Assembly (NCBI GenBank): GCA_012295275.1
Contig: CM022673.1
Coordinates: 22,816,001 to 22,880,000 of the forward strand
Direction: 5' to 3'
Length of the DNA stretch: 64,000 nucleotides
Origin: Chrysomallon squamiferum
Taxonomy: Eukaryota > Animalia > Mollusca
The notes under the pieces were generated by a model. It was given only the letters and a program-made list of their open reading frames with translations. It searched no databases and was not told where the DNA came from. Numbering within the stretch: the stretch's first letter is position 1; each line of letters opens with the position of its first letter. This document shows, one piece after another, positions 41,301 to 55,045 of this stretch. Both the position numbers and the translations under genes were made by a program.

Positions 41301-41990
41301 ACACAGAAAGAGAAGAAGCAGACAACTGTTTCCGTTATATAGTTTAATTTTTATATATACTCTTTCTCTTCTTTAGATCTGTACGGATGTAACTATATGT
41401 TTAGGTGTCCAAATGTAACAGTTTTCGTTATATTCTTTAATTGTTAGACATACAAATGTATGGAAAACTTTAGAACATTTAAATTAAATGTGGTTATTTC
41501 CGTGATTTATTGTTCTTCATAAGCGGTTTCTGTTTTTGTTTTTAGTATCAGCTTGACAGAAACTTGAAATTAACTGTATACCTAATAAAATATTGGTTTA
41601 AAAATATTATTTTAAAGGATATTGTTTTTGCATCTGCCAGTAATGTATTACTTCATGTATCCTTCATGACTCTCTTGATTTCATTTAACAATTAATTTTG
41701 AAAATGCAGAAATGGAGAGAGAAAGTTTAACATGTTATTCTGTATCTATTTTCATTTCTTTTTTGTCGATAATGTAAATTTCTAAACTATACAATCTACT
41801 GTTTTGTGATTCGATAAGTTGATTTACTCAATTTAATTTAATTGTTTATCCTGTTCATCTTTTCTTATGTGTATAGTTTCTTAATTGTTCGACTTTTGCT
41901 AAGTAACTTATACTACAGAGTAATTAAAAAATAAAGGTTTTGATTTACCTAAATAAATTTTACTTTCTTCTTATTTCTTGCTTTTTTTAC

Positions 41991-42051
<61 letters not shown>

Positions 42052-42411
42052 AAACAACTAATAACAATAACGACTGGATAGTTTTACAGGCTTAAAATAA
42101 GAACATTACAAGTGATTTACAATTACTTGATTGGCTGCAATTTCTTCAGCCAAAGCTTTCAAAAAATAAAAAGTGTTACTAAAATAAAATAACAATTCAA
42201 ATAATAATAATTGAAAGCCCATTTCCAATCTGCGTTAGAAATATCAATAAACCCTTTAAAAAGAAAAAGAAAAAGAATTATCAGCATATAAAACGTACAG
42301 GTACTAAAGTGCTTCAACACAAATTAGTTCATTTATTTTTGATATAATAATTTCTGATATTTATTTTACTCATGCATTGCTCAAATCTTCTTGCGGGCTC
42401 ACTAATGGACT

Positions 42412-42514
<103 letters not shown>

Positions 42515-42702
42515 ATTTATTTTTGTTGCAAAGTAGTGTTTGTTATAATTATTTATTACTTAGAGAAAAACTAAATGTCACTGATTGGATTCTGAAATTC
42601 CGAAATCCTTGCCTGTTTACTAAATATAGTATTACAGTTTAAAAATCCCTTCTTAATAAAAAAAATTAAACAAAAAAACATCACACACACACAAAATAAT
42701 AA

Positions 42703-42733
<31 letters not shown>

Positions 42734-43842
42734 AATATGATAAAAAACCCTCTTGCCTTCAGATTTAATCCTCAAATCACCTTTGAAGTTGACCATTTTC
42801 TTGATAATCGTTATTTCATCTTTCTTTTATTTTAGCTGTAAAATTACAACAAGTCACGTGTGATGTCAGATGTCGAAGTAATTGGCTTTCTTTTTCATTG
42901 AGAAATCAATAGTGTCAGATATTTAATTTGAAAAGTAACAATTACACAAAAATCTCGATACCGATCAACAATGCAAAATGAACAGCACAAAAAAAGAAGA
43001 AAATAAATGAGTAGCTTTATGATATACTCGTGTGAACTAAATCATTGTCTAACTTTATTAATATATTTATTTGCTTTGGTTGTAACAGTTTAATCTGTTG
43101 ATAATTTCATTTTTAGATCAGTTATTTATTTATTTATTATTGGTATTATTTACAAATGTTGATCCACAATAATTACATTTTAAATCAATTTATCATTTGT
43201 TTTTCTGTTCTTTTATTAAATAACATCAGTGGTATGTTATGATAATGAATATGGTTTAATAAGGTCTTTGTTATGTGCATTCCTACACATACAAAATTAT
43301 TTCTTTACTACCATTTTGTTATGACTATACTTAACTACTTTTTTGTTATGAGCATAATTAACAACTTTTATTTCGACATTATTATTATTTATTGTTTTGG
43401 GCGATCTATTATCGATCGTAACAAAAATATGATTATAAAATCAAGAATCGAAAATCAATCTACCCTGTACGTGAATACCACGTGACTATAAAATATGTCG
43501 GCGACCAGATATTTTTTATCTTTTATCTCTTACTCTTCGTTATAGCTAAAAGAGAAACAAATTATCTGGAAGTATGTAGAATGTACTGAGTCTGGTTCTT
43601 CATATGACAAACATTAAATAAACATATTTTTTTTATGAAGAAAGCTTAAGAAAAGAGCAGAATTGAATCAGTAATGATAATAATCAGATTAGACTAAATT
43701 AGCAGGACAATAAGAGCGAGAATGAAATAATTGTTGTTATTATTAGCTCAGACGTTTTACCAGATATTTTACAACTAAGAAACAAATTTGGGTCAATAGT
43801 ACTTATGGAATATTATTTTAAATTTCCTTCCGTCTGCCATCC

Positions 43843-44055
43843 TGAAAATTATATATATAAATACACATACAAATGAAAATTATATATATAAATACACATA
43901 CAAATGAAAATTATATATATAAATACACATACAAATGAAAATTATATATATATAAATACATATACAAATGAAAATTATAAATATAAATACACATACAAAT
44001 GAAAATTTTATATATAAATACACATACAAATGAAAATTATAAATATAAATGAAAC
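43843..44055. repeat. AT-rich minisatellite, ~30-34 bp unit, ~6 copies
   Basis: Tandem TGAAAATTATATATATAAATACACATACAAA units. Confidence 0.92.
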
Positions 44056-44195
44056 ACTTTTTATAAAATAATGTAAGATAATATTTCATTGTTTGGGTCT
44101 CTGCATATATGTCCATTTGAGAACTCAGGGAATATTTGATCCAAAACTCGTGAATGCAATTAGAAAGATAAGCGCGGAGCTTTTACTTTCTAGAA

Positions 44196-46625
44196 CAGGG
44201 GTGGCCAAACTTTTTTACCAGAGGGCCAAATTTGCAACTTTCTTGCCACTGGAGGGCCGGATTAAATGAAATTTACGTAAAATTTGTCGTAACTGGTTGC
44301 CATCTTTATTAAAATATATATTATTGTAGTAGAATAACAATAAATAACACCATCTTGTTTACACTTGTATTTAATAAAAGGTTTATATATCAATGAGATA
44401 AATGCAACTGTCCACAATTTTGAACAAGCCTTTTAAAGTCTGGAGTAAAACTAGTTGTCGAAACTTTCATAATTGCTTGTAAATTTGCATCTGACAATAC
44501 TGATCTGTTTTTTGACTTTGTTTGATTTAAGCATGAAAAAGTCTGTTCACAAATATAAGTTGATCCAAATATACACAGCATCCTAGCAGCAAAACCTCGT
44601 AGATTGATAAACTTTTCAGCAGGCAAATATTTGAAAAATTCTACCAAAGGCATATTCCTAAACTTCATTTTCAGCTCATTATTAGCTTGTAGATCTATTA
44701 GTTCCAGCTGAAGAACATCAGGGGCTGTCTCAATTTCTGTACTGAAGGGTGAAACAAGTATATTAAATGATGAATCCATTACTCTGAAGTCTGAAAATCT
44801 TCTTTGGAATTCTTGTTTCAAGATGCAGAGTTGATTGCTGTATTTTTCAGCAAGTTTACTATCTACTGTTGCCTTCCTTAGCAAAGAAAAATGAATAAAA
44901 TTACATTCTGATATCTGTTTGGCAAAAAGTGAGAGCTTTGCCTCAAAAGCTTTTACTTTGGTGTACATATCATGCACAAATAATCCTTTTCCTTGCAATT
45001 CCAAATTTAGAGAATTGAGCTTTTCAAACATTTCAGTGGCAAACATAAAATCACAAAGCCAGTAATCATTTTTCATCTTCTCTATAAAATCACATTTCAT
45101 TTGTTTGATATCAAGGAAAAGGATAATTTCGTCTCTTAGTTCAAAGACTCTTCTTAGAACTTTCCCATGACTAAGCCACCGAACACTATTGTGATATCGC
45201 ACATCTTTATATTCAGTCTCAATATCATCCAGTAATGTCTTGAATTGTCTGTGTGATAATGGTCTGGATCTGAGTAGATTAACTACTTCAACTACAGGAC
45301 GTATCACATGATTAAAATCCAGAGCTGACTTGCATAAACTTTCTTGATGAATGATACAATGAAATTTCCTTATTTCATGCTGAGGACAGTTTTCTTTAAT
45401 CTTCTTTTGTAGGAGGCTAATCATGCCTTTGTTTTTTCCAGTTAGAGCAGGTGCACCGTCAGTAGTGATACTCACCAATTTATTCCACGGCAGGCCAGCC
45501 TCCTCCACACACTTTATTACACATTTACACAGGTCTTCCCCCGTAGTTGTGCCTTTTAAAGGTTCAACTGATAACAACTCCTCTGAAATTGTAAAATCTG
45601 ACTTGATACCACGTATAAATATCATGAGTTGTGCAATGTCTGAACATCATTGCTTTCATCCAGAGCTAATGAAAACCACATGAAATCAGTGCAAGCAGTG
45701 TGAAGCTGTTGGGACAAATCTTTGCTGATATCTTGTACCCTTCTCATAACTGTATTCCTTGATAGTGCAATATTCTCAAATTTATTCTGTGCTTCTGGAC
45801 AAAGTATGCGTGCCGCATCCACAATGCAGTCTTTTACAAATTCTCCATCAGAAAAAGGTTTTTTGCATTGTGCAATTTTGTAACTAATATAAAAACTAGC
45901 TTCTGTTGCTGAAATGTGAATGGATTGTGTCGTTGAAAAAAGCGACTGTTGCTTTATTAGATTTTTCACCATATCAGCAGCTTTATTAACCTTTTGCTCT
46001 GCTGATAGTCCTTCACTGTATCCAGCGTGTTTTGTATTATAGTGTCTTTTCAAATTATATTCTTTAAAAACTGATATTCCCTCATTACAAATTAAACACG
46101 CTGCTTTCCCATTTACCGCAGTGAAAAAATATTGATATTCCATTCCTCCTTAAAAACTCGGCATTCATCATCTACTTTTCTCTTTTTCGTTGGAGACATT
46201 TTAACTGATAAGGTAGAGAAAAAAATAAAATTATTGCTGCTTCTGAGAAGAAAATCCAATGTGCGTATTGTCTCTTACATGCTCAGTAAAATACTGAAAG
46301 TCAAAGCTGGAACAATTAACTTCCTGATTTCTTACAAAGTAGGCTAGTAGGCCAAAGGGATGTGAAAAAGAGCACATACAGGCTATGTTAGCTACTTACG
46401 TCATGGTTGGCAGACTGTTCTAAAAATAACGCTGCAAGGGCATTTATTCTAAAAATAACAACGCTTGCCACAAGCTACTGCTAGTAGCAGCCAGCGCTGT
46501 TGCACTGCTTGTTCACAGTGGTAAATATGGTGCTTGGAAAAAAACAAGGCAAGGTGTTTGGCGGGCCGGATGAAACAGGACTGGGGGCCGGATGCGGCCC
46601 GCGGGCCGTAGTTTGGCCACCACTG
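44196..46625 (-). mobile_element. Full-length hAT transposon, SPIN/Buster/Charlie (GTF2IRD2-like) group, 2430 bp
   Basis: TIRs CAGGGGTGGCCAAACT and (reverse complement) CAGTGGTGGCCAAACT, 15/16 identical. Perfect 8-bp TSD TTCTAGAA at 44188-44195 and 46626-46633. GGGCCG subterminal repeats. Encodes a transposase. Confidence 0.97.
44390..46199 (-). CDS. hAT transposase (GTF2IRD2/SPIN-like, ~603 aa if two 1-nt frameshifts are corrected)
   Basis: MSPTKKRKVDDECRVFKEEW, frameshift near 46141, EYQYFF..CLIC..KEYNLKRHYNTKH (BED-like zinc finger)..LALDESNDVQ, frameshift near 45640, DIAQLMIFIRG..ITTDGA..HCIIHQ..VRWLS..STYICEQTFS..QLHLSH*. All DDE residues and the CxxH motif are present. Confidence 0.9.
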
Positions 46626-47159
46626 TTCTAGAATATAGAATAGGTATCGTAGGTTTCGAAGAATAACGTTATCGCTTATTTGGCTTCTTAATGAGTTCTG
46701 AATCTAATAAGTTGTACACTAACGTGTTTGAAGCTATAATCACCATCGTTATGTCTTGCTACAGATATATATGTTGTATATCCTCTAAATTTTGTATTGG
46801 ATCATCGCTTCCTTTAATGATTTGCTCAGACATGCATTAATAGTGTTAGCATAATTAATTTGTAACAAAAATATGCAGAAACTAAAAACAGTGTGAGGTA
46901 AAAGTTCAGAAGAATATATTATACCAAACTGATCTATTATCATTATCGAAAATAAACATGGATGAGAACATGAAATGTTAATTAATAAAATGTCATTAAT
47001 CGGAACTTTTAACACTGACGTTAGAAATCAAAACATTCTACATATCAGACAAATAGAACAGAAACAACGACAACAACAATAACAACAACTATATTTCTCT
47101 AATGATAGATTTCAAATACATATGTAGATTTTCTTTTTTACGTTTTTTTTTTTTTTTTG

Positions 47160-48175
47160 CTAAGCAGTGTTTGTAGATGCTAAAGTAATGTATCTAACTG
47201 TTCTTGACTTGCAATGGAAAATCTGTCTGAAAGCTGTTTTGAAATCCTGGCTGAAAAGGTAATACAGGAATGGATTCATCAAAGAGTTTAGATATGCCAG
47301 CCAAACAAACAAAATTACAATTATACGCGGAATGACCGTGTATTCAATGGTTACGTCCACCAAAACAAGAACGACAACAGGCAGCCAACAGAAATAGAAT
47401 ACACCGATAACTATTGAGAGTGTACGCGCTGCCTTGGTGTTTCCTGTAAAAGCTTTTCTCTTTTTCTTGTCATCCTCCATAACGGTCAAAGATCGGATTG
47501 CACTGGCATGCTCATTTGCCTTCTGGAATATTTTCACGTAGAGGATCAGAATAATCGTCATTGGTACAACAGCAAAATACACAATGTGTACATAGGCACT
47601 CCATTTAGTCTGAAGATACGGACAAATTTTTGCTATCGTAAGACAAAAATCATAATCTTCCAGTCCAATCACGTTCATTCCAGTCCCGAAGTAAACAGCC
47701 ATAGTAGACAAAGGAAAAGCCCAGCTGAAAATTGCTGTACATACAGTTATGCAAGGAGTAATTTTCTGATGTATGAAAGGACGACAAACAGCAAGATAGC
47801 GCTCGACAGAAAGAATGCACAGATTTAAGATGGATATCTGGTTCAAAGTAGCATCAAAAATATTTCTAAAGACACAAACCCATTGTGGCAAATCAAAATT
47901 TCCATTTCATCTTACATAGACGTGAAGAGGCATGACGAAAATTGCCAAATCCATATCTGCTAGAGCCAGAACTGCAACATGGACGTTCTGACGTTTGCGC
48001 AGATACGGTAATTTGAATATGGATGTTATAACGAGACTGTTACCAGTTATTGTAATAGCCATAAATAATACTGAAATACACAATAGAGATCTGTCTGAGT
48101 GTCAGACAATGGCGCTGGTGAAGAAGCTGCTAATTCGTTGTAAATAGCTTCACAGTCATATTCCTCGCTGCACAT
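47160..48175 (-). pseudogene. Class A (rhodopsin-like) GPCR, aminergic/trace-amine-receptor-like; disrupted as assembled
   Basis: Single coding exon after a splice acceptor at about 48189. ATG at 48175. Motifs: TM1 GNSLVI, TM2 LALAD, TM3 C3.25..D3.32 (CVFRNIFD) and ERY, TM6 KAARTL..CWLP, TM7 NSLMNPFLY, helix 8 F..AF. There is a 1-nt frameshift near 48070 and an in-frame TGA at 47909-47907. Confidence 0.88.
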
Positions 48176-48549
48176 CTTTGTACTGAACCTGAAAAAGAAG
48201 TCAGTAAGATACGTGTAAAGATGTACAGTAAATATTTTAAACAAATTCAGAAAAAGAAATACAAAATTCTGTCACAAACAAGAGTCAAACTATAAATATT
48301 TGTGATTATAATTATAATAAAGTTTGTATTACTAAGAGCTATAAGGATTCCATTTGGATTTTGAAGTGGTTTATCATGTTGGTGTCATTAATATTTAATA
48401 CAGACGCATCCAGGGTAATTTACTTGAAAAATAAAATCTCATTTAACTTTAAATAGCGCGTTATTAGTGTTTTCAGATGCAGGATTAATTAATAAAGATG
48501 CCTCGTAATGAATTATTTTTTATATAATCATATCTGGTTAAATACTGAA

Positions 48550-48996
48550 AATAAGATATATTTGGGTAGATGACTAAATAGTGATAATATAATATACTAG
48601 GGTAGATGAATAAATAATGATAATACGATATACCAGATTAGATTACTAAATACTGATTATACAATATACTTGGGTAGATGACTAAATACTGATTATACAA
48701 TATACTTGGGTAGATGATTAAATTCTTATAATACGATATACGAGATTAGATGACTAAATACTGATTATACAATATACTTGGGTAGATGATTAAATACTTA
48801 TAATACGATATACAAGAGTAGATGACTAAATACTGATTATACAATATACTTGGGTAGATGATTAAATACTTATAATACGATATACTTGGGTAGATGACTA
48901 AATACTGATTATACAATATACTAGGGTAGATGATTAAATACTTATAATACGATATACTTGGGTAGATGACTAAATACTGATTATACAATATACTTG
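48550..48996. repeat. 36-bp minisatellite with alternating variants (72-bp higher-order unit), ~12 units
   Basis: GGGTAGATGACTAAATACTGATTATACAATATACTT alternates with GGGTAGATGATTAAATACTTATAATACGATATACTT. Confidence 0.95.
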
Positions 48997-49804
48997 ACAG
49001 TGTTGCTAGCAAAATGCAAAATAAAAAATAAAAAATTCAGTTGTATCTGTTATTAACAATTCCAAAGAAAATTAATTGTCGCAAGATTTAAGCATGAAAA
49101 AACACTCGAAATTGAAATATAAACGAAAACTCTTCAACAACGACATCATTGTCAAAAACAAAAACAGCAACTTCAACAACAACAGCAAAACCAACAACAT
49201 AAAAGCAGTTTGCATTTATGATAAATACCGTTTTCTATTACATTTATAAAAATTACGGTATTTCTTCATTAAATTATTTAGTCTACATATGCTTTTAAGT
49301 CACATTTATAATTGAAATTATAATACTTACAGCTTTCTACTATACTGCGTTACCTATTTACAGATGCACTGTCGTAAAAGAAAATGAACGTTTTTCCAAT
49401 ATCCACAGAATACTGAAATGGTCTTTGTTATTTATTTATTTATTTTAATTTCAGATGGTGCAACACTACTGAAATTCAAAATGAATGCTTTTATATTCGG
49501 AAAATAAACTCCGCCTACTAAATAGTCATGTGTCTATTTTTATTTATCATTTCAATAAATGGAAGACTAGCTATGCTTATTCATCCAGTTATAAATCAGA
49601 ATGGTTTCTCGCTCAAGCATCAAATAAGACAGCAGAATAGTTTGGCATTTTACAAACGAAAAATGACAGAATAGTATTTTATAACTGAATTTCTTAGTGT
49701 TAGCGAACTGTCTTTTATTTACAGAGAGAAATAACGTTGCAGCAACTTTTGTTTTCCTTTTCAATTTTGATTTTTGTTACATGTTATTATTATTTCTAAC
49801 AGTT

Positions 49805-50055
49805 TCAGAATTAGCAGCTTCTTCACCCACAGCTCTGTCTCGTGTATTTCAGCTATGCTTTATAGCTGTACTATAATTAACTCATAATATTAATATTACA
49901 ATTTCCTTACATGTTGAAGTTCTGGCTCTAGGTGGTATGGGTCTGGACATTTAGGTCATTTCTTTTCTTAGCCAAATGCATTTAGGAAAGTAACCTTTCT
50001 GTTTCTCACCTTTTCCTCTGACGCAGGAAGGAAGGTTTGTTTAGGGGACAGACAT
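49805..50055 (+). pseudogene. Decayed GPCR fragment, antisense to and upstream of the 47160-48175 gene
   Basis: GAATTAGCAGCTTCTTCACC (49808-49827) is identical to the GPCR N-terminal coding sequence (ELAASSP). It is followed by TGTATTTCAG (TM1) and AGTTCTGGCTCTAG (TM2) matches with deletions between them. Confidence 0.72.
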
Positions 50056-50325
50056 TACACTCCGACTGGGTCATCTGAATATTCCTTCACTGTTAAAGAA
50101 TTTTACAAAATCCAATACATTTCTTTTCTGCTGCTATAAAAAAAGTAATATTTTTTTAATTGAAGAGCTTTTAATTTTCTTTTTAATGGCAATACAAATA
50201 ATTTAATCACTTAAAGATTTAAGGTTTTAGCCGAATTCATATATCTGTTCTTTAATCGTATTTCCTAACGGAACTTAGGAAATCTTCATAATAAATATCG
50301 ATCATTTTTTCGAATACCTGGATCG

Positions 50326-50383
<58 letters not shown>

Positions 50384-53089
50384 AATCATTAATTTGATCT
50401 TTTTTATTATTTATTATTATTAAGGTGTTTAATGTAACTCAGTTTGTTTATGAAATGTTAATAGACGTTTAATGATTTGTATCTTTATTAAAAGGATATT
50501 GTGAACTTTAATAAAAGACATTTAGGGTTATATGAAAAAATAAAACTATTGTCTAGACAAAATAACTATACGTTAGGTATATTATACAGCAAAGTCAGAG
50601 GACGTTGTTACTCATTAAAACATGTTCTAATGATGTTGATGATGATGATGCTAAAGAGACGAGAACAAAGAACGGTACAAACGAGAACAATATTATTAGT
50701 GATAATTCAAGGAAATTGAATTACATAAAAATTGCTCTTTTTCTCTTTCTTCTTCTTCTTTTTTTTTAATCATATAAATGCATAAAGTAATTGTTATTTT
50801 CAGTGTAACGGTTCTTATAACTCTACATCTATATCATAAATCATATTACATCGCTGGCATTTATATTTATCATATTTAATTTAATTTATTATTTTTTAAA
50901 TGGGAGTCTGCTTTTTAGTTTTCATTTTAATTGCAATAACAATAATTTAATCCCTTAAAGATTCAAGCTTTCAGGCGAATTAATGTATCTGCATTGTTCG
51001 TTAACCGTATTTTCTAATCTAACTGAGGAGATTTTCATAATAAAAATCAGTCATTATTTATTGGAATGCTGGATGCAATATTATAAAAATAAAACATTAT
51101 TATTATTTATTATTATTGCTATTTTATTATAAATATGATTTTTGTTTTTAAGTCGAGTATTTTCCAAACAATTAATAAACTTATAACAAATACAAATTAA
51201 ACGAAATAATCTGTATATCTCTACATTATTATAAAAACGATGGTATTTTTTTTCTCTTTGTTCCTTTTTTTTTTAAATGATATATATATATATATGCATA
51301 AAGTAATTGTTATTTTCAATATAAATTTTTTTATTAATCAACATCTGCATAATAAATCATTTTACATCGCTGGCATTTATCACATTTTATTTCTATTTTT
51401 TCATTTGATTTATTTTGATATATTTTTCTTTATAAATTATTATTATTAACGAATGAATTTTGCTTTTAAATACTAATATGAACATGAATTACATTCTATT
51501 TTACTTTTATATTCGATCAGAATTATTTAGTGATAATTAATCATTACTAATAGTGTAATTAATTATCCAAATGATTTCATTCTTTATAATTTATTTACAC
51601 GCTAAAAATCATTAAGTTACAGATAAGTGTATATTCCTTTTAACTTTTGGTTCAAATAATCTTAGTTAATGCTATTTATGGAAATACTCTGTTTAAGTTT
51701 ATCAATTTATTAATTTGACGTTTGTGTTTTTAGAATTGTCACATATTTGCAGATGGGTTGGGTTATTCTTTTCGATATTAATATTTTTAAAATTATTTAT
51801 TAATATCTTTTTATCAACCGTAATTATTTTGCCAGGTATAAAAGAGGATATTTTTAAACAAGAACAAAATTTAATATAGGAATGTACTCATTAAGCAAAC
51901 TAAAAATTATATCGATTTTCCACAAAAGAGTTTCATACTTTATTTATTTGTTTACTTATCCATTTATTCTATCCTGTCTAGTTTGATTGTTGATGTTAAA
52001 ACAAAAAAGTCACTAAATAAAATAATTTATTGTGCCATTTCATACACTGGGTTTTTAATATCAGTATTTATTACTTCTTTTCTATTTTATTAATATTATG
52101 ATGTTTATTTATTATGAAATTTTCTGGAAATTTTTAATTAATTGAATTTTGTTTCTTTTACAATTCAGTACCATATAATTCTCTGTATATCTGTGTGTGT
52201 GTCTGTGAATGTGTTTGCGTGTGTGACAATATATATATATATATATATAATAAGCAAACTAAACATCATATGGATCATACTTATCTCCCTTTAGTGATAT
52301 GTATTCACGAGCACAGATTAGAGTTAGGTCCCTTACGTGAGATGTACTCACTAAGTAAACTAAAAATTATATCGATTTTCCAAAATACAGTTTCATACTT
52401 TATTTATTTGTTTACTTATTTATTTATTCTATCCTCTCTACTTTGCTTGTTGATGTTAAAATAAAAAAAATCAGTAAATAAAATAATGTATTGTGTCAGT
52501 TGATAGAATGGGGTTTTAATATCAGCATTTATTATTTCTTTTGTATTTTATTAATATTCTGATGTTTATTTATTATGAAATTTTCTGGTAATTTTTAATT
52601 AATTGAATTTTGTTTCTTTTAGAATTCAGTAACATATGTTTCTCTATACATGCGTGTGTGCGTGTATTTGCGTGTGTGTCTATATATACATAAAAAGCAA
52701 ACAAAAAATCATATGGATTAGACTTATCTCCCTTTAGTGTTATGTGTTCACGAGCACAGATTAGAGTTATGTCCATTACGAGAGATGCACTGACTAGGGA
52801 AACAAAAAATTCTATCGATTTTCCAGAATACAGGTTGATATACTTTATTTATTTGTTTACTTATTCATTTATTCTATCCTCTCTACTTTGCTCGTTGTTG
52901 TTATCATAAAAAAATTCAGTAAATAATATAACGTTTTGTTTCATTTGATAGAATGGGTTTTTAATATCAGCATTTATTATTTCTTTTGTATTTTATTAAT
53001 ATTCTGATGTTTATTTATTATGAAATTTTCTGGCAATTTTTAATTAATTGAATTTTGTTTCTTTTAGAATTCAGTACCATATGTTTCTC

Positions 53090-53136
<47 letters not shown>

Positions 53137-53560
53137 TTGCATGTTTGTCGATATATATATGTATATACTAAGCAAACTAAAAATCATGTGGATTAGACTG
53201 ATCTCCCTTTAGTGATATGTGTTCACGAGCCCAGATTAGAGTTAGGTCCCTTACGTGAGATGTATTCACTAAGCAAACAATTTTTTTTTATCGATTTTCC
53301 AAAATACAGTTTCATACTTTATTTATTTGTTTACTTATTTATTTATTCTATCCTCTCTACTTTGCTTCTTGTTAAAATAAAAAAATTCAGTAAATAAAAT
53401 AACGTTTTGTTTCATTTGATAGAATGGGTTTTTAATATCAGCATTTATTATTTCTTTTATATTTTATTAATATTCTGATGTTTATTTATTATGAAATTTT
53501 CTGGCAATTTTTAATTAATTGAATTTTGTTTCTTTTAGAATTCAGTACCATATGTTTCTC

Positions 53561-53621
<61 letters not shown>

Positions 53622-54043
53622 ATGTTTGTCGATATATATATGTATATACTAAGCAAACTAAAAATCATGTGGATTAGACTGATCTCCCTTTAGTGATATG
53701 TGTTCACGAGCCCAGATTAGAGTTAGGTCCCTTACGTGAGATGTATTCAGTAAGAAAACAACTTTTTTTTATCGATTTTCCAAAATACAGTTTCATACTT
53801 TATTTATTTGTTTACTTATTTATTTATTCTATCCTCTCTACTTTGCTTGTTGATGTTAAAATAAAAAAATTCAGTAAATAATATAACGTTTTGTTTCATT
53901 TGATAGAATGGGTTTTTAATATCAGCATTTATTATTTCTTTTGTATTTTATTAATATTCTGATGTTTATTTATTATGAAATTTTCTGGCAATTTTTAATT
54001 AATTGAATTTTGTTTCTTTTAGAATTCAGTACCATATGTTTCT

Positions 54044-54091
<48 letters not shown>

Positions 54092-54519
54092 TTGCATGTT
54101 TGTCGATATATATATGTATATACTAAGCAAACTAAAAATCATGTGGATTAGACTGATCTCCCTTTAGTGATATGTGTTCACGAGCCCAGATTAGAGTTAG
54201 GTCCCTTACGTGAGATGTATTCACTAAGCAAACAATTTTTTTTTATCGATTTTCCAAAATACAGTTTCATACTTTATTTATTTGTTTACTTATTTATTTA
54301 TTCTATCCTCTCTACTTTGCTTGTTGTTGTTAAAATAAAAAAATTCAGTAAATAAAATAACGTTTTGTTTCATTTGATAGAATGGGTTTTTAATATCAGC
54401 ATTTATTATTTCTTTTATATTTTATTAATATTCTGATGTTTATTTATTATGAAATTTTCTGGCAATTTTTAATTAATTGAATTTTGTTTCTTTTAGAATT
54501 CAGTACCATATGTTTCTCT

Positions 54520-54563
<44 letters not shown>

Positions 54564-54990
54564 TTGCATGTTTGTCGATATATATATGTATATACTAAGC
54601 AAACTAAAAATCATGTGGATTAGACTGATCTCCCTTTAGTGATATGTGTTCACGAGCCCAGATTAGAGTTAGGTCCCTTACGTGAGATGTATTCAGTAAG
54701 AAAACAACTTTTTTTTATCGATTTTCCAAAATACAGTTTCATACTTTATTTATTTGTTTACTTATTTATTTATTCTATCCTCTCTACTTTGCTTGTTGAT
54801 GTTAAAATAAAAAAATTCAGTAAATAATATAACGTTTTGTTTCATTTGATAGAATGGGTTTTTAATATCAGCATTTATTATTTCTTTTGTATTTTATTAA
54901 TATTCTGATGTTTATTTATTATGAAATTTTCTGGCAATTTTTAATTAATTGAATTTTGTTTCTTTTAGAATTCAGTACCATATGTTTCTC

Positions 54991-55045
<55 letters not shown>

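Noticed and set aside
47508-47828. Plus-strand 106-aa ORF, and likewise 45423-45683 and 1622-1876
   Set aside because: Antisense shadows of the GPCR and transposase coding sequences.
48746-49012. 88-aa Tyr-rich repeat ORF
   Set aside because: It is the translation of the 36-bp minisatellite (unit length divisible by 3), starts at TTG and has no splice or domain support.
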